Shown here in pieces: positions 8,636-16,261 of a stretch of 22,350 nt of DNA. Source of the stretch: Candidatus Krumholzibacteriia bacterium. GTDB taxonomy: Bacteria; Krumholzibacteriota; Krumholzibacteriia; LZORAL124-64-63. Under the pieces are notes generated by a model. That model was not told the DNA's origin, ran no database searches, and was given only the letters and a program-made list of their open reading frames with translations. A program made the translations under genes and the position numbers. Within the stretch, counting starts at the first letter, position 1. Every line of letters starts with the position of its first letter. The stretch covers positions 1-22,350 of the forward strand of contig JAZBOO010000281.1 of NCBI GenBank assembly GCA_036351155.1, written 5' to 3'.

Positions 8636-9453
8636 TGAGCCTGACTCTACCCTTTCAGAAAATGCACGGCGCCGGCAACGATTTCATCATGCTGGACGCC
8701 AGTGATTTACCGGAGGGCCCGCTGAGCACGGCACAGCTGGCCGCCCTCTGTGACCGCCGGACCGGCATCGGGGCGGACGGTCTGATCATCGTGGCGGAAG
8801 CCCGGTCTTCTGATGCAGATTTTCGGATGATTTACTTCAACAGCGATGGTGGCGAAGCCGAGATGTGCGGCAATGGCGCCCGGTGCGCCGTCGATTTCGC
8901 CCACCGGGCGGGTCTCTTCCAGACCACCTGTATTTTCGACACATTCAGCGGACCACTGGAAGGGGAAGTCCTCGCGCCCGGCCTGGTCAACGTCTCCCTG
9001 CCCGCCTGGAAAGATCTCCAGCTGGGACTGACCCTCGCCGGCACGCCTTTTCCCGTTCAGCACACCTGCAACACGGGCGTGCCTCACGTGGTGATTCCCG
9101 TGGAGGACGTGGAAGAGGTGGATGTTTTCAAATGGGGCAATCACTTCCGATTCCATGATCAATTCAGCCCTCAGGGAACCAACGTGAATTTCGTGTCCCG
9201 TACCGCCGGCCAGGGCAACTTCCAGATCCGGACCTACGAGCGAGGGGTGGAGGATGAGACCCTGGCATGCGGGACTGGCGCCTCGGCCACCGCGGTGGTA
9301 CTGTGCCATTTGAAAAATGCGGAGAGCCCGGTGAACCTGGTGACCCGAGGCGGGGACACCCTGACCGTGGCCGTCGACATGGACACCCGGAGTTTGCGTT
9401 TGCAAGGACCGGCCGCGGTCAGTTTCAAGGGAAAGGTCGAGATCGATGCGTGA
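8635..9453 (+). CDS. dapF: Diaminopimelate epimerase
   Basis: KMHGAGNDF, GIGADG, both catalytic Cys motifs (EMCGNGARC and ETLACGTG), TGVPH and RTYERG. Confidence 0.97.
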   Translation: MSLTLPFQKMHGAGNDFIMLDASDLPEGPLSTAQLAALCDRRTGIGADGLIIVAEARSSDADFRMIYFNSDGGEAEMCGNGARCAVDFAHRAGLFQTTCIFDTFSGPLEGEVLAPGLVNVSLPAWKDLQLGLTLAGTPFPVQHTCNTGVPHVVIPVEDVEEVDVFKWGNHFRFHDQFSPQGTNVNFVSRTAGQGNFQIRTYERGVEDETLACGTGASATAVVLCHLKNAESPVNLVTRGGDTLTVAVDMDTRSLRLQGPAAVSFKGKVEIDA

Positions 9454-10363
9454 GAAAACCTGGGAAATGCCCGATGGAGTCTATACGGCACTGGTGACCC
9501 CCTTTGCCGGGGGACAGGTGGACAAGAAAGCCTGGGATGTGCTGGTCCAGCGTCAGATCGATGCCAAGGTGGCGGGTATCGTGCCCGTCGGCTGTACCGG
9601 TGAAGCCGGCGTGCTCAATGCCGAGGAGCGCCAGTGGCTGGTCACCCGGGCTGTGGACCTTTGCGCCGGAAAATGCGCGGTGGTGGCGGGATCCGGCACC
9701 AACAGCACGGCCTCGACCCTGGAACTCACCCGGAAGGTCAAGGAGTGGGGGGCCGATGCAGCCATGCTCATCTCTCCCTATTACAACAAGCCCCAGCAAC
9801 ATGGCCTGGTGGCCCACTACCAGACGGTGGCCCGCGGTGTGGACATCCCCATCGTGCTGTACAATGTGCCCGGACGCACCGCCGTGAATATCCTGCCCGA
9901 AACCGCTGCCCAGCTGGCCGCCGAGCCCAACATCGTGGCCCTCAAGGAAGCCAGCGGGAACCTGGCCCAGATCGAGCAGGCCATCGCACTTTGCGACTTG
10001 AAAGTTTTCTCGGGTGATGACGGACTCAACTTCAATATTTTTGGGCTGGGTGGCCGCGGCGCCATCAGCGTGGTGAGCAATCTGCTGCCGGGAGCCATGG
10101 TGCGGTTCTGGAACGCCTGGGCGGCTGGTGATATCAACCGCGCCTGGCCCATGAGCAGGGCGTTCGATCCCATCACCCAGGCCTGCTTCGTGGAAAGCAA
10201 TCCCGTGCCGGTGAAGGAGATGTTGAGCATGGCCGGTCTGTGTCAGCGCGCCCCCCGGTTGCCCCTGATGCCCGTGACGGAGGCCAGCTTGACCTTCCTG
10301 CTCCAGTTCTACGAGAGCACCCTGGCCGACCTGATGCGCAAGGACCTGGAGGGGACCGCATGA
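9446..10363 (+). CDS. dapA: 4-hydroxy-tetrahydrodipicolinate synthase
   Basis: ALVTPF, GCTGE, PYYNKP, YNVPGRT, Schiff-base KEAS, SGDD and NPVPVK. Flanked by dapF and dapB. Confidence 0.96.
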   Translation: MREKTWEMPDGVYTALVTPFAGGQVDKKAWDVLVQRQIDAKVAGIVPVGCTGEAGVLNAEERQWLVTRAVDLCAGKCAVVAGSGTNSTASTLELTRKVKEWGADAAMLISPYYNKPQQHGLVAHYQTVARGVDIPIVLYNVPGRTAVNILPETAAQLAAEPNIVALKEASGNLAQIEQAIALCDLKVFSGDDGLNFNIFGLGGRGAISVVSNLLPGAMVRFWNAWAAGDINRAWPMSRAFDPITQACFVESNPVPVKEMLSMAGLCQRAPRLPLMPVTEASLTFLLQFYESTLADLMRKDLEGTA

Positions 10364-11103
10364 TTGCCGTCGCCGTTCACGGAGCGGAAGGCCGGATGGG
10401 CCGGTTGATCACCGAGCTGGTGGACAATGCCGAGGGCTTCGAACTGGCGGGACTGGTGACCGAGCCCGGCCAGGAATTCGAAGTCGGCCGGTTTCACCCG
10501 CATTTGCCCCTGGTGGGGCAGGACCACATGGCCCAGGTGCTGCCGGCCGGTTGCGTGATCATTGATTTCAGCCTGGCTCCTTCGCTGGAAGGTCTCATCG
10601 ATCAGGCCCGCTGGCTGGGGTCGCCTCTGGTCGTGGGAACCACCGGTTATTCCTCCGAGCAAATGGATTTGCTCCTGAAGTTCGCGACCGAGAAGCCCGT
10701 GGTCCATTCCACCAACTTCAGCGTGGGTATTCCCACCCTCCAGATGTTGCTGCAGCTGCTGGCCCGGACCTTGCCCGGGGGATTCGATGTCGAGCAGGTG
10801 GAAACCCATCACATCACCAAGCTGGACAAGCCCAGCGGCACGGCCAATACGCTGCGGGAAGAGTATCGCAAGATAAGAGGGGGCGATGAGGTGCCCACCC
10901 ACAGCCAGCGGCTGGGAGGCGTGGTCGGCGAGCACACCTGGACCTTCAGCGATGCCGAGGAAACCCTGGTCCTGACCCACCGCGCCCACTCGCGTCAGGC
11001 GTTTCTGCGGGGTGTCTTGCCTTCGGTGCAATTTGTCGCGGGGCAGGAGAAGGGCTTTTTCAGCCTGACGGATGTTCTGCAGGGCCTTGGTACCCGGGGA
11101 TAG
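10360..11103 (+). CDS. dapB: 4-hydroxy-tetrahydrodipicolinate reductase
   Basis: ATG at 10360 overlaps the dapA stop (ATGA). Motifs GAEGRMG, IDFS, GTTG, NFSVG, ETHHITKLDKPSGTA, GEH and HRAHSR. Confidence 0.96.
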   Translation: MIAVAVHGAEGRMGRLITELVDNAEGFELAGLVTEPGQEFEVGRFHPHLPLVGQDHMAQVLPAGCVIIDFSLAPSLEGLIDQARWLGSPLVVGTTGYSSEQMDLLLKFATEKPVVHSTNFSVGIPTLQMLLQLLARTLPGGFDVEQVETHHITKLDKPSGTANTLREEYRKIRGGDEVPTHSQRLGGVVGEHTWTFSDAEETLVLTHRAHSRQAFLRGVLPSVQFVAGQEKGFFSLTDVLQGLGTRG

Positions 11104-11123
11104 GGTCACCGGAAGGCACAGAG

Positions 11124-11155
11124 AAGAGGGCCAACCTGTGCAGGTGGACCCTCTT
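11124..11155 (-). terminator. Hairpin between convergent dapB and rpsT; probable rpsT terminator, possibly bidirectional
   Basis: AAGAGGGccaACCTG-tg-CAGGTggaCCCTCTT inverted repeat. It pairs better on the - strand (G-U wobble) and is followed there by a pyrimidine-rich run. Confidence 0.6.
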
Positions 11156-11187
11156 GAACTTTATCCCAGCGAAGTCTGAACCGGGCC

Positions 11188-11442
11188 TTACTTGGCCGCG
11201 GCAGCAACCCGACTCTTGAGACGGGCGGCACGCTGGCGGGGCATCAGACCCTTGCGGGCATGCGTGTCGATCAGACTGTACATGGTCTTCACGCTCTGAG
11301 CCTTGTCTTCGGCGCTGGCTTCGCCGATAGTGGACCTGAAGACCTTGACCGCGGTCCGCAGTTCAGCCCGATTCTGGCTGTTCCGCTCGTTCCGCTTGGC
11401 ATTTGTGATCAGGCGCTTCTTGCAACTTTTTGCATGGGGCAC
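11188..11442 (-). CDS. rpsT: 30S ribosomal protein S20
   Basis: GTG start at 11442 after GGAGG. MPHAKSCKKR...RN...LRTAVK...ID..ARKGL....AARLKSR pattern, 84 aa, basic. Confidence 0.95.
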   Translation of the reverse strand: MPHAKSCKKRLITNAKRNERNSQNRAELRTAVKVFRSTIGEASAEDKAQSVKTMYSLIDTHARKGLMPRQRAARLKSRVAAAAK

Positions 11443-11478
11443 GTCAAACAACCTCCGTTAAAGATTCACAGGCGCGGC

Positions 11479-11507
11479 AATTTAACAGGATGAACCCCAC
11501 ATGTCAA
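11479..11507 (-). promoter_or_regulatory. Near-consensus sigma70 promoter for rpsT
   Basis: Minus strand reads TTGACA (11507-11502)-N17-TAAATT (11484-11479), with an extended -10 TGn. Confidence 0.75.
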
Positions 11508-13360
11508 GGGAACCGGACAACTCCTTGAAGGACGATAACCTCAAAAACAAGTTGGGCTTGCTCCCCGACGCGCCCGGCGTATATCTCCACAAGAACGCCC
11601 AGGGCAAGGTGATCTACGTGGGCAAGGCCAAGCGCCTGAATCATCGGGTCCGCAGCTATTTCCAGTCCAGCACCGAAGAAAACGGTCAGGCCGACCCCAA
11701 GACCAAGGCCCTGGTGCGTCGGATCCGCGATTTCGATTACATCGTGACCGATTCCGATGCGGATGCCCTGGTCCTGGAAAACCAGCTCATCAAGGAATAC
11801 CGTCCGGTCTACAACATCCGCCTCAAGGACGACAAGCAGTACCCCTACATCAAGATCACCACCGATGAAGCCTATCCGCGGGTGACCGTGGTCCGGCGGA
11901 TCGAGCGGGACAAGGCGCGTTACTTCGGGCCTTTCACCGATGTGCGGTCCATGCGCGAGGCCCTGAACTTCACCGCCGGGGCATTCCAGATCCGGACCTG
12001 CCATCTGGATCTTCCCGAGCAGACGGTGGATCGTCCCTGCCTGGATTACCAGATCGGGCGGTGCAGTGCTCCCTGCGTGGGTTACGACACCCAGGAAGGG
12101 TATCGCCGGAAGGTGCAGCGCATGGTCAAGTTCCTGGAGGGCTCTTCCCAGGAAGTTTTGCAGGACCTCCAGTCGGAGATGGATCAGCACGCCGAGGCCC
12201 TGCGCTTCGAGGAGGCCGCACGGACCCGGGACCTGATGGCCCGGCTGGACAAGACCATCAGCCGTGGCCGGCCCGTGAGCGGTATCCAGGGGGATTGTGA
12301 TCTGGTGGCCGTGGCCCGGGAAGGGGAGGACGCCAGCGGGGTCATCTTCCGGGTCCGGCTGGGCAAGATCCTGACGGTTCACCATTTCTGGCTGGCCGAC
12401 AAGCTGGATCGGGGTTTGCCCGATTTTTTGCGGCAGCTTTTACGCGAGTACTATCCCCGGGCCGGAGATATTCCCCGGGACATCCTGATCTCCCAGGAGC
12501 TGGATGATCTGGAAAGCTGGAATGTCTGGCTCTCTGATCTGCGCGGCGGTCGCGTCGAGGTCAAGCACCCGCAGCGTGGGGCCAAGAAGGACGCGGTGGA
12601 ACTGGCCCACACGAATGCCGCCTTCAAGCTGCGTGAAGTGCTGCGGGACAAGGAGATGAAACGGCCCGGAAGGGTCACCCCGGCGGACATCCAGCTGCAG
12701 GAAGCCCTGGATCTGCACACGGTTCCGGAGACCATCGAGTGCTTCGACATCTCCAATTTCCAGGGCAAGGAAACGGTGGCCTCGCTGGTGTATTTCAAGG
12801 GGGGCAAGCCGCTCAAGAGCCGGTACCGACGGTTTCGCATCAAGACGGTCGAGGGCATCGATGACTTTGCCAGCATGGCCGAGGTATTGAGCCGCTACTA
12901 CGGCCGGCTGATCGAAAAGGGAGAATCGCCCGCCGATCTGGTGGTGGTCGATGGCGGCATCGGTCAGCTTTCCGCTGCCCGGGCCGTTCTGGCCGGTTTC
13001 GGTCTGCACGAGGTGCAGCTCATCGGTCTGGCCAAGCGGGAAGAAACCATCGTGCGGGAAACGGGGGAGATCAAGCTCTCCCGGCACAGCGAAGCTCTTA
13101 AACTTTTGCAACGCCTGAGGGACGAGGCCCATCGCTTCGCCATCACCTATCACCGCCTGCTGCGCGACAAGCACACCACGGCCAGCGAGCTGGATCGGAT
13201 CCCGGGCATCGGGCAGGTCAAGAAGCTGAGCTTGCTGCATCACTTCGGGTCGGTGACGCAGATCCGGAAGGCGACCAGCGACCAGCTAGCGGAAGTGCGG
13301 CTGATCAACAAGCATGACGTGCTGGCCATCCGGGCCTTTTTTCACCATGAGGATGTGTGA
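11501..13360 (+). CDS. uvrC: Excinuclease ABC subunit C (start may be TTG 11525)
   Basis: GIY-YIG motif PGVY...IYVGKA, four-Cys cluster (RTC...PCLDYQIGRCSAPC), UVR motif FEEAARTRD, RNase H-like ECFDISN and DGGIGQ, RDEAHRFA, and HhH IPGIG. Confidence 0.98.
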   Translation: MSREPDNSLKDDNLKNKLGLLPDAPGVYLHKNAQGKVIYVGKAKRLNHRVRSYFQSSTEENGQADPKTKALVRRIRDFDYIVTDSDADALVLENQLIKEYRPVYNIRLKDDKQYPYIKITTDEAYPRVTVVRRIERDKARYFGPFTDVRSMREALNFTAGAFQIRTCHLDLPEQTVDRPCLDYQIGRCSAPCVGYDTQEGYRRKVQRMVKFLEGSSQEVLQDLQSEMDQHAEALRFEEAARTRDLMARLDKTISRGRPVSGIQGDCDLVAVAREGEDASGVIFRVRLGKILTVHHFWLADKLDRGLPDFLRQLLREYYPRAGDIPRDILISQELDDLESWNVWLSDLRGGRVEVKHPQRGAKKDAVELAHTNAAFKLREVLRDKEMKRPGRVTPADIQLQEALDLHTVPETIECFDISNFQGKETVASLVYFKGGKPLKSRYRRFRIKTVEGIDDFASMAEVLSRYYGRLIEKGESPADLVVVDGGIGQLSAARAVLAGFGLHEVQLIGLAKREETIVRETGEIKLSRHSEALKLLQRLRDEAHRFAITYHRLLRDKHTTASELDRIPGIGQVKKLSLLHHFGSVTQIRKATSDQLAEVRLINKHDVLAIRAFFHHEDV

Positions 13361-13363
13361 GTC

Positions 13364-14272
13364 ATGAAGGATTATCCGGCCTGGGACCTGGCTCAGGACA
13401 GCTTCATGGCCCACTGCAGTGCCGAAAAAGGCCTGGCTCCGGCCAGTCTGGCCGCCATCGAGCAGGATCTCAAGCGGCTTCGCCTGTGGGCGGAATCGGG
13501 AAATTTCACCGCTCCGGGCCGCCTCAAGGATCAGGACCTGCGGGCCTTCCTCATTGCCAGCGCCGATGAACTGATCGCCTCTTCCCGGGCGCGACTCCTT
13601 TCGACCTTGCGCTCTTTCTTCAAGTTCCTGGTGGCCGAGGGTCTGGCCGGGCACGATCCCACCACCACCATCGTGGCTCCCAAGCGGGGTCGGAAGCTGC
13701 CGACGGTCCTGTCGGTGGATCAGGTGGCCCGTCTGATCGAAACGGAAATCGGTGCCCAGCCAGCCTCGGTGCGCGACCGGGCCATTCTGGAAGTCCTCTA
13801 TGGTTGCGGCTGTCGCGTGAGCGAACTGTGCGGTCTGGACGTGACCGATTTCGACCTCACCGAAGGCACGCTGCTTTTACGCGGCAAGGGCAACAAGCAG
13901 CGGCTGGTTCCGGTTGGGGAGTGGGCCCTGGATTCGCTGGAGCGATATCTGGCCGGAGCCCGTGGTGAACTGCTCGGCAAGAAAAGCAATGCGGCCCTCT
14001 TTCTGAATCAGAGGGGGGGGAGGCTGTCCCGGGTCTCGGTGTGGAATTTACTGAAGAAGGCCGGGCGCGAGGCCGGCTTACCCGCAACTCTATCTCCGCA
14101 CACCCTGCGTCACAGCTATGCCACCCATCTGCTGGAAGGCGGGGCCGACCTGCGCATTGTCCAGGAGTTGCTGGGCCATGCGGATATCAGCACCACGGAA
14201 ATCTACACCCACATCGACCGCGCCTGGTTGACCACCGCCTGGCTGGAGGCGCATCCACGGGCCAAGAGGTGA
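13364..14272 (+). CDS. xerD: Tyrosine recombinase XerD
   Basis: RDRAILEVLYGCGCRVSEL, GKGNKQRLVP, HTLRHSYATHLLEGGADLR, LGHADISTTEIYTH and HPRA. Upstream of trpS-scpAB-rluB, a typical xerD context. Confidence 0.88.
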   Translation: MKDYPAWDLAQDSFMAHCSAEKGLAPASLAAIEQDLKRLRLWAESGNFTAPGRLKDQDLRAFLIASADELIASSRARLLSTLRSFFKFLVAEGLAGHDPTTTIVAPKRGRKLPTVLSVDQVARLIETEIGAQPASVRDRAILEVLYGCGCRVSELCGLDVTDFDLTEGTLLLRGKGNKQRLVPVGEWALDSLERYLAGARGELLGKKSNAALFLNQRGGRLSRVSVWNLLKKAGREAGLPATLSPHTLRHSYATHLLEGGADLRIVQELLGHADISTTEIYTHIDRAWLTTAWLEAHPRAKR

Positions 14273-14432
14273 ACCCGCCCTTGCCTGGCGACCCCACTCT
14301 CCCTATGCTCATTTACCTGTCCCCCGAACCCCGGCCCCCTGTTTGCCCCGCCGGACTCCATCCCACTGAACGATCATCATCGCTCGCTACGTCATGTTGT
14401 TGTACGACCCCACGACGCAGAGAGGGCATGCT

Positions 14433-15035
14433 ATGCGAAACCTTATCCAATCCCTGATCATCCTGGTGATGACCCTGATCCTGATCAGCTTTTTGACCCT
14501 GGGCCTGACGGGCTGCAGCCCGGACCAGCTGGCCAATCCGCAGACCGAGGCCGACAAGATCAATCTGGCCACGGCCGATGACCTGATGGCCTCCTTCGTG
14601 GAGACCTACGGGAACCGCGACCTGGAACTGTACGGCCAGCTGTTGCACGATAATTTCATCTACACCTTCGACCCTCACTGCTGCGGCGAGCTGGGTCCCG
14701 TTTATGAATATTTCACGAGGGAAGACGAACTCATCTGTGCCCAGCGGATGTTCTCCGGAAAGGCCGGGGTCAACTCACGAGGACAGGCCGTGCCCGCCAT
14801 TCTGGACATCGACTTCCGGTACTGGGCCCAGGAAGGGAGCTGGGAGCTGGAACACGATGGGAAATTGCGCGGGGTCTTCCAGGCCGACATTGTTTTCCTC
14901 CTGGAGGGTTCGGCCTCCTGGCGGGTGACCGGCAAGCAGGTCTTCACCGTCACCACCGTGGACCATTTCCACGAGGTGGGAGGGGGCCCCAACCGCTACC
15001 AGATCATCGGCTGGCAGGAGCTCAGCGGCCTTTGA
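14433..15035 (+). CDS. Hypothetical lipoprotein, possibly NTF2/SnoaL-like fold
   Basis: ATG at 14433 after GAGGG. MRN, a long hydrophobic stretch and lipobox LTGC. GC-rich third positions. Followed by its own terminator. The fold is my inference from the helix-helix-strand pattern (F..TY..RD...Y..LL..NF.YTF). Confidence 0.75.
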   Translation: MRNLIQSLIILVMTLILISFLTLGLTGCSPDQLANPQTEADKINLATADDLMASFVETYGNRDLELYGQLLHDNFIYTFDPHCCGELGPVYEYFTREDELICAQRMFSGKAGVNSRGQAVPAILDIDFRYWAQEGSWELEHDGKLRGVFQADIVFLLEGSASWRVTGKQVFTVTTVDHFHEVGGGPNRYQIIGWQELSGL

Positions 15036-15052
15036 AACAGGGATTCATGATA

Positions 15053-15091
15053 CCGCCCAGGGGACCGCACTGACCCCCTGGGCGGATTTTT
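15053..15091 (+). terminator. Intrinsic terminator after the orphan lipoprotein gene
   Basis: Perfect 11-bp stem CCGCCCAGGGG (15053-15063) / CCCCTGGGCGG (15075-15085) followed by ATTTTT. Confidence 0.85.
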
Positions 15092-15119
15092 AATTCAAAA
15101 ATCAGATAGGCTCCCCGCT

Positions 15120-15148
15120 TTGACATCCCCAGCTACCGGTGGTACTGT
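15120..15148 (+). promoter_or_regulatory. sigma70 promoter for trpS-scpA-scpB-rluB
   Basis: TTGACA (15120-15125)-N17-TACTGT (15143-15148) with an extended -10 TGn. AT-rich tract upstream. Confidence 0.7.
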
Positions 15149-15253
15149 TCTGCGACTGGAATATGAACCAACAGGCGGGTCCCGAGACGTGCCTTTGTAT
15201 TTGTTTGCCCCGAATTTGTCCTGATATGCCCCCATGAGACCGAAAGGCCTGTT

Positions 15254-16252
15254 TTGAGCGACAAAACCCCCACCAAGAAGATCATCCTCAGCGGGATGCG
15301 CCCCACCGGCCGATTGCACTGGGGCAACTATACCGGCGCCCTGGAGAACTGGAGCCGGCTGCAGGACGAGTACACCTGCCATTTCATGGTCGCCGACTGG
15401 CACGTGCTGACCACGGCCCTGGACAAGGCCTCGGAAATCGGACACAACAGCCGGGAAATGTACCTCGACTGGCTGGGGGCCGGCCTGGATCCGGAAAAAT
15501 CCGTCCTGTTCATCCAGTCGCAGGTCAAGGAGCACGCCGAGCTGCAGCTGATTCTCAGCATGATGATCAGCATGGGCCGCCTGGAGAGAAATCCGACCTT
15601 CAAGGAGCAAATCCGCGACCTGAACATGAGCGGCGAGATCAGCTTCGGCCATCTCGGCTACCCAGTCTTGCAAGCCGCCGACATCCTCGTGTACCTGGCT
15701 CACGCCGTCCCGGTGGGCGAGGACCAGCTGCCGCACCTGGAGCTGACCCGGGAAATGGCGCGGAAGTTCAACCGCATCTTCGGCGAAGTTTTTCCCGAGC
15801 CCGAGCCCCTGGTCACGAAGTTCGCCCGCTTCCCGGGCACCGACGGCAAGCGCATGAGCAAGAGCCTGGGCAACACCATCGAGATCTCGGCCAGTCCCGA
15901 GGAGATCCGCAAGAAGATCATGCCCGCGGTCACCGATCCTCAGCGGGTCAAGCGCAACGATCCTGGTGATCCCGAGGTGTGCGCCATCTACACCTGGTAT
16001 CAGAAGTTCATGCCCGAAGAGGTGGAGCTGACCGCCCAGGAATGCCGTACCGCCGCCCGCGGGTGCGTGGACTGCAAGAAGAAGCTGGCAGAAGGTGTGA
16101 TCGAACATTTTGCGCCCCTGCGCGAGCGCCGGGCCATTTACGAGAACGACCCCGGGAAGCTGGATGAGATCATCGCCGACGGCTGTGAGCGCGCCCGCGC
16201 CGAAGCCGCCCGGACCATGGCCAAGGTCCACGACACCATGGGCATCGGGTAG
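15254..16252 (+). CDS. trpS: Tryptophanyl-tRNA synthetase
   Basis: TTG start after GAAAGG. SGMRPTG, HIGH-like HWGN, ADWH, FIQS, YPVLQAADIL, VPVGEDQ and KMSKS-like RMSKS. Confidence 0.97.
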   Translation: MSDKTPTKKIILSGMRPTGRLHWGNYTGALENWSRLQDEYTCHFMVADWHVLTTALDKASEIGHNSREMYLDWLGAGLDPEKSVLFIQSQVKEHAELQLILSMMISMGRLERNPTFKEQIRDLNMSGEISFGHLGYPVLQAADILVYLAHAVPVGEDQLPHLELTREMARKFNRIFGEVFPEPEPLVTKFARFPGTDGKRMSKSLGNTIEISASPEEIRKKIMPAVTDPQRVKRNDPGDPEVCAIYTWYQKFMPEEVELTAQECRTAARGCVDCKKKLAEGVIEHFAPLRERRAIYENDPGKLDEIIADGCERARAEAARTMAKVHDTMGIG

Positions 16253-16261
16253 GGGAACGCA

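Noticed and set aside
11480..11507. ATTTAACAGGA resembling the XerD arm of dif
   Set aside because: No matching XerC arm across a 6-bp spacer. It is fully explained by the rpsT extended -10 element.
11443..11520. LexA/SOS box upstream of uvrC
   Set aside because: Two GAAC words are 14 nt apart, fitting neither GAAC-N4-GTTC, GAAC-N7-GAAC nor CTGT-N8-ACAG.
14013..14020. G8 homopolymer in xerD as a phase-variation tract
   Set aside because: Short, in frame, encodes the usual R-G-G segment of a core gene, and there is no evidence of slippage.
3420..14272. Two tyrosine recombinases flanking about 9 kb as a possible integrated element
   Set aside because: Both are chromosomal XerC/XerD types in conventional contexts. 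The intervening genes are core metabolism, and I see no att repeats, tRNA target or cargo.
15138..15148. GGTGGTACTG resembling a T-box antiterminator upstream of trpS
   Set aside because: It deviates from UGGNACC, coincides with the -10 box, leaves no room for Stem I/specifier loop after the upstream terminator, and has no downstream terminator.
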